Origin: Candidatus Krumholzibacteriota bacterium
GTDB taxonomy: Bacteria > Krumholzibacteriota > Krumholzibacteriia > JAJRXK01
Assembly (NCBI GenBank): GCA_963727455.1
Contig: CAVSGG010000008.1
Coordinates: 352,001 to 416,000 of the forward strand
Direction of reading: 5' to 3'
Length of the DNA: 64,000 nt
In this document: positions 8,765-17,835 of the stretch, one piece after another
Position numbering within the stretch: position 1 is the stretch's first letter
Layout of the letters: every line of letters begins with the position of its first letter
Made by a program: the position numbers and the translations under genes
The notes under the pieces: generated by a model
The model's database searches: none
Seen by the model: only the letters and a program-made list of their open reading frames with translations
What the model was told of the DNA's origin: nothing

Positions 8765-10153
8765 ATGAGCGTATCCTCCACACTCTGGCACGGGATCGAT
8801 ACCCTGGTCTGCATGGACGAGCGACGTCGGGTGCTGCACGGCGCCTGGATTCGCAGCGAAGGACCGCGAGTGGTGGAACTGGGTGAGGGTCCATTCGAGC
8901 CACGCAGCGGCGAAAGCACGGTGGATTTGGGCGGCGGAATCGTGATTCCGGGTCTGGTGAACGTCCACCACCACCTCTGTCAGAATCTCACCCGTGCTTA
9001 TGGCCCGGCAGCCGACGCCGAACTCTTCCAATGGCTCACCCTGCTCTACCCGATCTGGGCGGGTTTCACTCCGGAAAACCTGGATCTGGCGGCCCGCGTG
9101 GGATTCGCCGAGCTGCTGCTCTCTGGCTGCACCACCACCAGCGACCACCACTACCTCTTCCCGCGCGCGGGCGCGTCCGAACTGCTGGATGCTACTTTTC
9201 ACGCCGCGCAGGCGCTGGGCATCCGCTTCCACGGAACTCGCGGATCGATGAGCGTGGACGAGTCGAAGGGGGGACTGCCGCCGCGTTCGTGTACGCAGGA
9301 TGAGAGCGTCATCCTTCTCGACAGCGAACGCGTCATCAAACGCTGGCACGATGGGACGCCCTTTTCGATGCATCAGGTCGGGCTGGCACCCTGTGCCCCC
9401 TTCTCGGTGAGTCAGGATCTCATGCGCGAAACCGCGCGCCTGGCTCGCGCCGAAGGAGTACGCCTGCACACCCATCTGGCGGAAACTCGCGACGAAACAG
9501 CGTATTGCTTGGAGCACTTTTCCTGCCGCCCGCTGGACTTCCTCGAGGAAGTAGAGTGGATCGGGGACGACGTGTGGCTGGCCCACGGCATCTGGTTCGA
9601 CGAGCGCGAGATCGACCGCCTGGGAAAAGCGGGAGTTGGCATCGCTCATTGTCCCACTTCCAACATGCGCCTGGGTTCGGGCGTATGCGCGGTGCCCGAG
9701 TTGCGCGCGGCCGGTGTCGCGGTTGGTCTGGGAGTGGACGGGAGTGCGAGCAACGACACCGCTCACATGCTCAACGAAGCACGGATGGCCCTATACCTGC
9801 GGCGGCTTTCGAGTGGAGCGGCGGCCATGACCGCCATGGAGGCGCTGGAGTTGGCGACTCTGGGGGGAGCCCGTTGCCTGGGACGCCGCGAACTTGGCTG
9901 GCTTGGAAAGGACTCGGCCTGCGATTTTGCGCACTTCGATCTTAAGGAGGAAATCGCGGCCAGCGGCGCCCACGATGCGGTAGCCGCGCTCCTCTTCTGT
10001 GGTCCCCTGCGCGCGAGGTCCGTCGTGGTGAACGGTGAAGCGGTGGTGAGGGATGGGCAGGTTCTCACCGAGGATCTGCTTGCGCTGCTTCCCGCGCATC
10101 GCGAGGCCGCCCGGCAGCTCGTGCAAAAGGCGCTGAACACTCCCAATTCCTAA
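8765..10153 (+). CDS. 8-oxoguanine deaminase-like amidohydrolase (AtzB/SsnA family)
   Basis: PGLVNVHHHLCQNLTRA, GCTTTSDHHYLFP, LAPCAPFSVS, LHTHLAET, GLGVDGSASND. Confidence 0.85.
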   Translation: MSVSSTLWHGIDTLVCMDERRRVLHGAWIRSEGPRVVELGEGPFEPRSGESTVDLGGGIVIPGLVNVHHHLCQNLTRAYGPAADAELFQWLTLLYPIWAGFTPENLDLAARVGFAELLLSGCTTTSDHHYLFPRAGASELLDATFHAAQALGIRFHGTRGSMSVDESKGGLPPRSCTQDESVILLDSERVIKRWHDGTPFSMHQVGLAPCAPFSVSQDLMRETARLARAEGVRLHTHLAETRDETAYCLEHFSCRPLDFLEEVEWIGDDVWLAHGIWFDEREIDRLGKAGVGIAHCPTSNMRLGSGVCAVPELRAAGVAVGLGVDGSASNDTAHMLNEARMALYLRRLSSGAAAMTAMEALELATLGGARCLGRRELGWLGKDSACDFAHFDLKEEIAASGAHDAVAALLFCGPLRARSVVVNGEAVVRDGQVLTEDLLALLPAHREAARQLVQKALNTPNS

Positions 10154-10243
10154 TCGCACGCACGCACCGGCGCTTGTGGCTGAGATCCCCATCAGGGGGC
10201 TTGAGGTGAAGCCCGGCTCCGCGTGCACGCGGCGCGTCGAAGC

Positions 10244-11332
10244 TCAGCGTTGCCCTTCGAGCCGATGGTCGGCGAGCAAACTCGCGACCGCAGTCTGGAT
10301 CGTGAAATTTTGATCGACGAGGAGCCGGCCCCTCTCCCCCCGGCGCTTCGCTTCCTGCGGATCGTCCAGAACTTCCCGAATGGCCGCGCACAGTCCATCG
10401 ACATCCCCCACCTCGGCCAACCAACCGGTTTGTCCCGCCTGCACCGCCTCGACGATCCCCCCGGTGCGAGTAGCCACGACCGGCCGCGCCAGGGCGAGCG
10501 CCTCGAGCACCGTGTTGGGCAGTGCCTCCCAACGCGAGGCCTGTGCCACCAGATCCGCGCGTCTCATGAGCGCCGGCACGTCGTCCCGGCGGCCCAAGAG
10601 GCGGCAGCGCAAGTCGAGGTCCGCCGCGAGCCTGCGCAGAGAGGCCTCACAGGGGCCGACTCCGGCCAACCACACCTCGAGTTCCTCCCTTCCGAGCCTT
10701 GCCGCGGCCTGCAGCACCAACTCCTGACCCTTGTTGTGGTCGAGGCGTCCCACGCTCAGAACGACCTTGGCAGAAGTGGCGGGCACCGCGAGATCATCCT
10801 CGGCACGCGCGCGGAAATCCTCGGCATCGATACCGTTGGGGACCACGCGCATCTTCCCCGGGTTCACCCGCAAATAACGCCGCGCATACTCCCGCACGTA
10901 CTGGGATACCGGCAGAACCGCGTCGAAGCGACGGTAGGTCCACAGCGCCAGTGCTCGATAGCCGAGACGCCGCACCAGCTGCGGAACTTCACGGTCGAAC
11001 ATGTTGTGGAGGGTACTAAAGCGCAGGTAAGGCGTGCGCGCACCCTGCATGGCCACAAGCGCGTCCGCGCGCAGCATGTGACTGTGCACGAGTTGCGCTT
11101 GAAACTCAGCCAGAGCGCCAGCTAGGGCCTTGCGCGCCGTGCCGAGCGATCCGCGCAGGGGAAGCCGCCGGGTCTCGACTCCTGCGAGTGCATCGAAGCG
11201 ATCGGTGAAGGGACCCTCGGGAGAGATAAGCAGAACTTCATGACCCAAACGGGCCAACTCGCGGGCTGTGAGCGCGGTGTTCTCCTCCGCTCCTCCCAGC
11301 GAGGCCGAGTCGATCAATTCGACGATTCGCAT
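10244..11332 (-). CDS. Glycosyltransferase family 4
   Basis: GGAE N-terminal motif, VGRL..NKG, EALPNTVLEA (EX7E), VVATRTGGIVE. Confidence 0.88.
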   Translation of the reverse strand: MRIVELIDSASLGGAEENTALTARELARLGHEVLLISPEGPFTDRFDALAGVETRRLPLRGSLGTARKALAGALAEFQAQLVHSHMLRADALVAMQGARTPYLRFSTLHNMFDREVPQLVRRLGYRALALWTYRRFDAVLPVSQYVREYARRYLRVNPGKMRVVPNGIDAEDFRARAEDDLAVPATSAKVVLSVGRLDHNKGQELVLQAAARLGREELEVWLAGVGPCEASLRRLAADLDLRCRLLGRRDDVPALMRRADLVAQASRWEALPNTVLEALALARPVVATRTGGIVEAVQAGQTGWLAEVGDVDGLCAAIREVLDDPQEAKRRGERGRLLVDQNFTIQTAVASLLADHRLEGQR

Positions 11333-11375
11333 GCGCGGGAGACTAGCACGCAGGCACTCCGGCTGCGAGATCGAG

Positions 11376-11993
11376 TCAATTCGATCGCGGCGGCTGAGAG
11401 CAACCGAGGGCCCGGGTGATGAAGGTGATGGCGTCTGCCGCGGAGGATTCCAGGCGATAGTTGCGTTCACTCAGCACCCAGTTGGTCGCCAGCTCGTCTA
11501 GCACCCCGAACACCATCTTGGCCAATTCACGCGGTGGAAGGTCGGCCAGGAAGCTTCCCTTCCTTTGCCCGCGATCGAGGATCGTCGCGAGCGCGTCCAG
11601 GTAGCGCTGTAAGAGGCCCAAACTTAGTTCCTGCAAAAAGGGAATGCTCTTGCGCAAATCGACCTGAAACACCGCGGCGAGCTCGCGGTCCTCGCCCACG
11701 CACTCCAGGTGAAGCTGAATGAAGCGCTCGAGCTGGGCGCGGGGATCGCTCGCTTCCGCCAAAGCAAGCAGTCCCCTCTCCAGAAATCGATTCATGGCCC
11801 GCTCGTAGACCGCGCGCAGCAGCTCGTCCTTGCTCTCGAAGTAGAGATAGATGGTTCCGTCGGCCACGCCGGCCGCCTTGGCCACCTCGCTGACCCGGGT
11901 CCGGTGGAATCCCTTGGCCGCGATCACTCTTACGGCGCCATCCAGGATGGTCTCCCGCTTCTCGTCCCGGAGTTTCACCTTGCGTGGCGGCAT
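11376..11993 (-). CDS. TetR-family regulator, FadR/YsiA-like
   Basis: HTH ILDGAVRVIAAKGFHRTRVSEVAKAAGVADGTIYLYFESKDELL; divergent from beta-oxidation genes. Confidence 0.9.
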   Translation of the reverse strand: MPPRKVKLRDEKRETILDGAVRVIAAKGFHRTRVSEVAKAAGVADGTIYLYFESKDELLRAVYERAMNRFLERGLLALAEASDPRAQLERFIQLHLECVGEDRELAAVFQVDLRKSIPFLQELSLGLLQRYLDALATILDRGQRKGSFLADLPPRELAKMVFGVLDELATNWVLSERNYRLESSAADAITFITRALGCSQPPRSN

Positions 11994-12030
11994 TTTTCCT
12001 CTTTCCAGCGTCTTGAGGCTTTCTCAAAAG

Positions 12031-12044
12031 TGAATATATATTCA
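12031..12044. promoter_or_regulatory. Probable TetR/FadR operator
   Basis: Perfect palindrome TGAATATATATTCA between the TetR gene and fadN; TGAAT/ATTCA half-sites resemble Bacillus FadR boxes. Confidence 0.7.
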
Positions 12045-12171
12045 GTATCGGCCGCCAGGCTTCCGAGTCGGCCCTATTCCTGCATGCGAATTAGAGGCCA
12101 ATTCCGAGCGAAAACCGGCTTGATCGTGCCGATTCCGCTTGGAAGGGGCTCAACTCCGCCCTTTCGAGGAG

Positions 12172-12185
12172 TGAACCGTGATTCA
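12172..12185. promoter_or_regulatory. Second putative operator over the fadN start
   Basis: TGAACCGTGATTCA, same TGAA-N6-TTCA geometry as the 12031 site. Confidence 0.45.
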
Positions 12186-14607
12186 GAATGAAACTTGGTC
12201 GAGAGTTCCCGTTCTGCGCCGCGTCGCAGTGCTGGGAGCGGGCACGATGGGGGCAGCCATTGCGGCCCATCTGGCGAACGCCGGGCTAGAGGTGCTTCTC
12301 CTGGATCTTCCTCCCCGGGAATTGAGCGATGAAGAGAAGGCGGCGGGAGTGGATCCCCAGAGCCCGGAGCACCGTAACCGCCTGGCGCTTGCGGCCATCG
12401 CCGCGCTCGACAAACATCGCCCGGCCCCCCTCTTCACCCGCGAATTCGCCTCCCGAATCGAGGCTGGCAACTTCGAGGATGAGCTCGACCGGTTGGCCGA
12501 GATGGATTGGGTCATCGAAGTCGTGGTGGAGCGTCTGAACATCAAGCAGTCCTTGTTGTCCAAGGTAGAAGCGGCGGTGGGTGACTCCACGATCATCTCC
12601 TCCAACACCAGCGGCATCCCCATCGCGTCGCTCTGCGAAGGTCATGGCGAGAGCTTTCAGCGGCGCTTCTTGGGAACCCACTTCTTCAACCCGCCGCGCT
12701 ACATGCACCTCTTGGAAGTCATTCCGGGGCCCAGGACCGATCCCGCCTTGGTGGAGACTTTGCGCGCGTTCGCGGATGAGCGCCTGGGCAAGGGAGTGGT
12801 CGTGGCGAAGGACCGTCCCAACTTCGTAGCCAACCGCATCGGTTGCTTTGGAATGATGCGCACCGCCGCTCTGATGCTCGAGCACGAACTCGGTGTCGAT
12901 GTGGTGGATGCCCTGACCGGACCGTTCCTGGGACGCGCCAAGAGTGCCACTTTCCGCACCGCTGATCTCGTGGGCTTGGACGTCCTGTTGCACGTGGCCG
13001 AAAACGTCAAGTTGGGTGCGCCGGACGATCCCGAGCTGGAAGTGTTCACGCCGATTCCACAGCTGAAGCGCATGGTGGAGGAAGGTCTTCTGGGAGAAAA
13101 GACCGGGAAGGGCTTTTTCCAGAAGACCAAAGTGGATGGCAATCGCGTCATCCAGACTCTCGATCTGAAGAGCTTCGAATACCGCGATCGCGAAAGAGCG
13201 CACTTCCCCGAGATCGACGCTCTCAAGGGAACGGACGATCTGCGCCAGCGCCTGCGCGGGGTCTTCAAGGCCAAGGGCAAAGGCGCTACCTTCTGCTGGG
13301 CCGTGCTCAGGGACACCTTGCGCTACGCGGCCGAGGTGGCGGCAGAGATCGCTGACGATCTGCCCTCAATCGACCGCGCCCTTTGCTGGGGCTTCGGCTG
13401 GCAACTGGGGCCGTTCCAGGTCTGGGACGCCATGGGCTTCACCGATGTCATCCAGCGTATGGAGGAGGACGGCCGACCCGCTCCAGAGTGGGTGAAGGAA
13501 TTCGCCAAGTCGAACGCGAACGGTTTCTATCAGCGATCCGATGATGGCGGTTACCGGGTTGCCGTTCCCGATGGCAGCTCTAGCACTCCTCTGCGTGAGC
13601 TTCCCGGGGTCATCGATCTAAAGCTGCCCAGCCAGGGAATCCGCAAAATCGCCGAAAACAGCGGAGCAAGTCTGTGGGATCTGGGAGACAGCGTCCTCGG
13701 ACTCGAGTTCCATTCCAAAATGAATTCCATCGGTGGCGAGATCCTGTCGATGACTGCGCAGGCGAACGAACGCGTCGTGAAGGATTTCCGCGGCTTGGTG
13801 GTCGGCAACCAGGGGCAAAACTTCTCGGTTGGTGCCAACCTGGCGCTTTTGTTGATGGCCGCGGTCGAGGGTGAGTACGAGGAAATCGATCTCATCGTGC
13901 GTCAATTTCAGCGCACGACCATGAGCCTGAAGACCTGTCCGCGTCCGGTGGTGGTGGCACCGTTCGGCCTCACGCTGGGCGGGGGATGTGAATACACCCT
14001 TCACGGTGCACGCGTGCACGCCTCGGCAGAGCTCTACGTGGGTCTGGTGGAGGGTGGAGTGGGGCTCATTCCCGCCGGCGGAGGGACCAAGGAATTCTAT
14101 CTGCGCATGCTGGAGCGTCTGGGACCCAAGTCGGATCCGATGGAGGCGGCACGCCGCGCCTTCGAGACCATCGGCATGGCCAAGGTCTCGACCAGCGCGG
14201 TGGAGGCCCAAGAGTTGGGATTCTTGCGCGCGAGTGACAGTCTGGCCATGAATCCGGACCGGCTCATCGCCGGAGCGAAGGCCGAGGTGATTGCGTTGGC
14301 CGAAGCGGGCTACGTGGCGCCACACCCGCGCGAGGACATTCCCGTTTCCGGAGCAGACGGCCGCGCCCTCCTCGAGGTCGGTCTCTACAACATGCTCGAG
14401 GCCGGATACATCTCCGAGCACGACCGGCTCATCGGCCGCAAGCTGGCGCGCATCCTCACCGGCGGCGAGGTGGTGGCGGGCGCGAAAGTGAGCGAACAGC
14501 ATCTGCTCGATCTCGAGCGCGAAGCATTTCTCTCGCTCTGCGGCGAGCGGAAGAGCCTCGAGCGCATCCAGTACATGCTCAAGAAGGGTAAGCCCCTGCG
14601 CAATTAG
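12178..14607 (+). CDS. fadN: 3-hydroxyacyl-CoA dehydrogenase / enoyl-CoA hydratase (FadN type)
   Basis: VLGAGTMG, SNTSGIP, GTHFFNPPRYM, C-terminal crotonase FSVGANL/LGGGCE, ends GKPLRN. Confidence 0.9.
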   Translation: MIQNETWSRVPVLRRVAVLGAGTMGAAIAAHLANAGLEVLLLDLPPRELSDEEKAAGVDPQSPEHRNRLALAAIAALDKHRPAPLFTREFASRIEAGNFEDELDRLAEMDWVIEVVVERLNIKQSLLSKVEAAVGDSTIISSNTSGIPIASLCEGHGESFQRRFLGTHFFNPPRYMHLLEVIPGPRTDPALVETLRAFADERLGKGVVVAKDRPNFVANRIGCFGMMRTAALMLEHELGVDVVDALTGPFLGRAKSATFRTADLVGLDVLLHVAENVKLGAPDDPELEVFTPIPQLKRMVEEGLLGEKTGKGFFQKTKVDGNRVIQTLDLKSFEYRDRERAHFPEIDALKGTDDLRQRLRGVFKAKGKGATFCWAVLRDTLRYAAEVAAEIADDLPSIDRALCWGFGWQLGPFQVWDAMGFTDVIQRMEEDGRPAPEWVKEFAKSNANGFYQRSDDGGYRVAVPDGSSSTPLRELPGVIDLKLPSQGIRKIAENSGASLWDLGDSVLGLEFHSKMNSIGGEILSMTAQANERVVKDFRGLVVGNQGQNFSVGANLALLLMAAVEGEYEEIDLIVRQFQRTTMSLKTCPRPVVVAPFGLTLGGGCEYTLHGARVHASAELYVGLVEGGVGLIPAGGGTKEFYLRMLERLGPKSDPMEAARRAFETIGMAKVSTSAVEAQELGFLRASDSLAMNPDRLIAGAKAEVIALAEAGYVAPHPREDIPVSGADGRALLEVGLYNMLEAGYISEHDRLIGRKLARILTGGEVVAGAKVSEQHLLDLEREAFLSLCGERKSLERIQYMLKKGKPLRN

Positions 14608-14622
14608 TCCAGGAGGAAATCG

Positions 14623-15762
14623 ATGACAGCCTACATCCTCGATGCGGTTCGTTCGCCAATGGGGCGCGCACACAAGGGCAAGCTGGCGACCGTTCGTCCC
14701 GACGATTTGGCAGCGCAGCTGGTCCAGGCTCTTCTCGCGCGTCACGAGAATCTGGAACCCGCCACCATCGACGATCTGATCGGCGCCACCGCCATGCCCG
14801 AGGCCGAACAGGGAATGAACCTGGGACGCATCGTGGCCCAGCGCGCGCAGCTTCCCGACAGCGTGCCCGGAATGACCTTAAACCGATTTTGTGCCTCGAG
14901 CCTGGAGGCCATCGCGCTTGCGGTCGCGAAAATTCAGAGCGAGATGGCTGATGTAGTCGTGGCCTTTGGTGTGGAGAGCATGAGCCGAATCCCCATGGGC
15001 GGTTTGAAGCTGTCCCCCAATCCCTGGCTGGCCGAACACAGGCCCGGCAACTACCTGGGGATGGGATTGACGGCGGAAAACCTGGTGAAGCGTTACTCGA
15101 TTACCCGCGAGGACCAGGATGCCTTCGCATTGAAGAGCCATCAGCGAACCATCGCCAGCGAGAAAAAGAGATTGTGGGAGGACGAGCGCATTCCGTACGA
15201 GCAAGAGGGAGAAATCGTCTTGGACCACGACGAGTGTCCCCGCGCGGAGACGAGTCTGGAGCTCCTCGGCAGCCTCAAACCTTCCTTTGCCCTGAACGGC
15301 ACGGTGACGGCCGGCAACAGCAGCCCATTGACCGATGGCGCGAGCGCGGTGCTGGTGGTCAGTGAGAAAATTCTGAAGGAGCTCGGCGAAGAGCCCCTGG
15401 GCCGTCTGGTGAGCTATGCGGTGGCCGGTGTCGACCCCGAGATCATGGGGATCGCGCCGGTTACTGCGGTGCCCAAGGCTCTGGCGAAGGCGGGCTGGAA
15501 ACTGTCAGAGATCGAGCGAGTAGAACTGAACGAGGCCTTCGCCGCCCAGTCCCTGGCCGTGATCCGCGAATTGGGTTTGGACCCCGAACTCACCAATCCG
15601 CAGGGTGGAGCCATCGCGCTGGGACATCCTCTGGGGATGAGTGGCGCGCGGATTGCGGGGACTCTGCTGCACGCCATGAAGCGTTCCGGCGAGCGCAAGG
15701 GACTCGCCACTCTCTGTATCGGAGGCGGCATGGGGGCCGCCGCCGCCTTCGAGCGCGCATGA
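14623..15762 (+). CDS. fadA: Acetyl-CoA C-acyltransferase (thiolase)
   Basis: [43 protein letters not shown]. Confidence 0.92.
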   Translation: MTAYILDAVRSPMGRAHKGKLATVRPDDLAAQLVQALLARHENLEPATIDDLIGATAMPEAEQGMNLGRIVAQRAQLPDSVPGMTLNRFCASSLEAIALAVAKIQSEMADVVVAFGVESMSRIPMGGLKLSPNPWLAEHRPGNYLGMGLTAENLVKRYSITREDQDAFALKSHQRTIASEKKRLWEDERIPYEQEGEIVLDHDECPRAETSLELLGSLKPSFALNGTVTAGNSSPLTDGASAVLVVSEKILKELGEEPLGRLVSYAVAGVDPEIMGIAPVTAVPKALAKAGWKLSEIERVELNEAFAAQSLAVIRELGLDPELTNPQGGAIALGHPLGMSGARIAGTLLHAMKRSGERKGLATLCIGGGMGAAAAFERA

Positions 15763-15788
15763 ATCGCGCCTGCATTGGAGATGTGACC

Positions 15789-17567
15789 ATGAATCAGAAG
15801 ACCTTACGACGCGGCGGGAGCTTCCTGATCGAGCTTACCCCGTTTCAGGAGATTCAAACCCCCGAAGACTTCAGCCAGGAAACTCAACTCCTGGCGCAGA
15901 CCTGCCGCGACTTCGTAAAGCAAGAGGTTCTGCCGGTGATGGAGCGGCTGGAAGCCCAAGAGGAAGGTCTCATGCCCGCCCTGCTGAAGAAGGCGGGCGA
16001 AATCGGCCTCTTGGCGGTCGACGTTCCCGAGGCCTTCGGCGGACTCAGCGCGCCCAAGACCCAGAGCATGGTGGTGGCGGAGTCCATTGCCGCGGGCGGA
16101 AGTTTTCCGGTAGCACACGGCGCGCAAACCGGCATCGGCACTCTGCCCATCGTTTATTTTGGAACAGCGGAGCAGAAGCAGGAGTGGTTGCCCAAATTGG
16201 CCACTGGGGAACTCATCACCGCCTACGCTCTCACCGAAGCCGGCAGCGGAAGCGATGCACTGGCCGCAAAGAGCACGGCCGTCCTGGACGGTGAGGAATG
16301 GGTGCTCAACGGTGAGAAGATGTACATCACCAATGGTAGCTTCGCCGACGTGGTGATCGTCTTCGCCAAAGTGGACGGCGAGCATTTCTCGGCTTTCATC
16401 GTGCCCATGGACACCCCGGGTGTTAGCCCCGGTGCCGAAGAACACAAGATGGGCATCAAGGGCAGCTCCACGACGAGCATCGTGATGCAGGACGCCCGCA
16501 TTCCCAAGGCCAACCTCCTTGGTGAGGTGGGTAAGGGACACATCATCGCCTTCAACATCCTCAACGTCGGACGGTTCAAGTTGGGCGCCGCAGTGACGGG
16601 AGCGGCGAAAGAAGCAATCGAAAAGACCATCGCCTACGTGAGCGAGCGCAAACAATTCAACAAGACTCTCAGCGAGTTCCCGCTCACGCAGAACAAATTG
16701 GGAACGATGGCGGCGCGGATTTTCGCCGCGGAGAGCGCGGTCTATCGTACCGCAGGATATTTCGACGAAGCGATCAGTGCGCTGGACAAGACTCACGCGG
16801 ATTACGACCGAGAAGTCATCGGCGCCATCGACGATTACTCCATCGAGTGCAGCATCATCAAAGTCTTCGCATCGGAGGTCCTGGACTACGTGGTGGACGA
16901 GATGGTGCAGCTCTACGGAGGCTACGGCTTCGTGGAGGACTACCCCGCCGCGCGCTATTACCGTGACTCCCGCATCAATCGCATCTTCGAGGGCACGAAC
17001 GAGATCAACCGCATGCTGATTCCCGGGATGATTCTCAAGCGGGCGATGAAGGGCGAGCTTCCGCTCTTGGCGGCGGCCAAGGGCATTCAGGACGAGTTGC
17101 TTTCCATTCCGTCGCTCGGCGAGGAGGGTGAGAGGGAAGCCTTCGCGGCCGAGCTCGAGCAGGTCGCCAAGCTCAAGAAGGCCGTTCTGCTCGTGGCGGG
17201 AGTCGCCACACAGAAGCTAGGAACCAAACTGCAGGAAGAGCAGGAAGTTCTCGTGCACGCCGCCGACATGATCATGGAAACCTACGCGCTGGAGAGCGCG
17301 GTGCTGCGTGCGCAGAAGATGCTGGCTGCGGGCAAGAAGATTCCGGCGGTGCAGGCCATGATCACCGTTCTGGTCGCTGAAGCCGTCGAGCGCGTGGGAC
17401 GCGCAGGCCGTACCGCACTGACCCACGTCACCGAGGGTGATGAACTGGGCATGATGCTGGTGGGCCTCAAGCGATTCACGAAAGTGCCGCAGGTCGACAC
17501 CATTGCCGCGGCACGCGTGGCCGCCCAAGCCCTCCTGGAGCATGGAAGCTACCGGGTGCCGGCCTAG
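15789..17567 (+). CDS. fadE: Acyl-CoA dehydrogenase
   Basis: [53 protein letters not shown]. Confidence 0.9.
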   Translation: MNQKTLRRGGSFLIELTPFQEIQTPEDFSQETQLLAQTCRDFVKQEVLPVMERLEAQEEGLMPALLKKAGEIGLLAVDVPEAFGGLSAPKTQSMVVAESIAAGGSFPVAHGAQTGIGTLPIVYFGTAEQKQEWLPKLATGELITAYALTEAGSGSDALAAKSTAVLDGEEWVLNGEKMYITNGSFADVVIVFAKVDGEHFSAFIVPMDTPGVSPGAEEHKMGIKGSSTTSIVMQDARIPKANLLGEVGKGHIIAFNILNVGRFKLGAAVTGAAKEAIEKTIAYVSERKQFNKTLSEFPLTQNKLGTMAARIFAAESAVYRTAGYFDEAISALDKTHADYDREVIGAIDDYSIECSIIKVFASEVLDYVVDEMVQLYGGYGFVEDYPAARYYRDSRINRIFEGTNEINRMLIPGMILKRAMKGELPLLAAAKGIQDELLSIPSLGEEGEREAFAAELEQVAKLKKAVLLVAGVATQKLGTKLQEEQEVLVHAADMIMETYALESAVLRAQKMLAAGKKIPAVQAMITVLVAEAVERVGRAGRTALTHVTEGDELGMMLVGLKRFTKVPQVDTIAAARVAAQALLEHGSYRVPA

Positions 17568-17709
17568 AGTCGAAAGAGAGCCCGGTGCCGTCCGCTGTCT
17601 CCGTCGTCCTTCCCGCCTCCCATTGAAGAAGGACGATGAAGACAGCCCCCGACGAAACCGGGCTCGCCGCGTTCTTCTTGCAGGCTGGATGCCAAGCGGG
17701 AAGCATCGC

Positions 17710-17753
17710 AAAAAAGCAGCTCCAAGCCCCCTTCAGACAAGAGCTTGGAGCTG
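17710..17753 (-). terminator. Intrinsic terminator downstream of the C25 peptidase gene
   Basis: Stem CAGCTCCAAGC/GCTTGGAGCTG followed by U6 on the minus strand. Confidence 0.7.
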
Positions 17754-17835
17754 AACCCTCCACCGGTCTTCGCGCTCCACTCGCCGCCCCCCGCTGTCCG
17801 GCGTTCGACGGCCCGGACAGCGGGGCAGCGACTCC

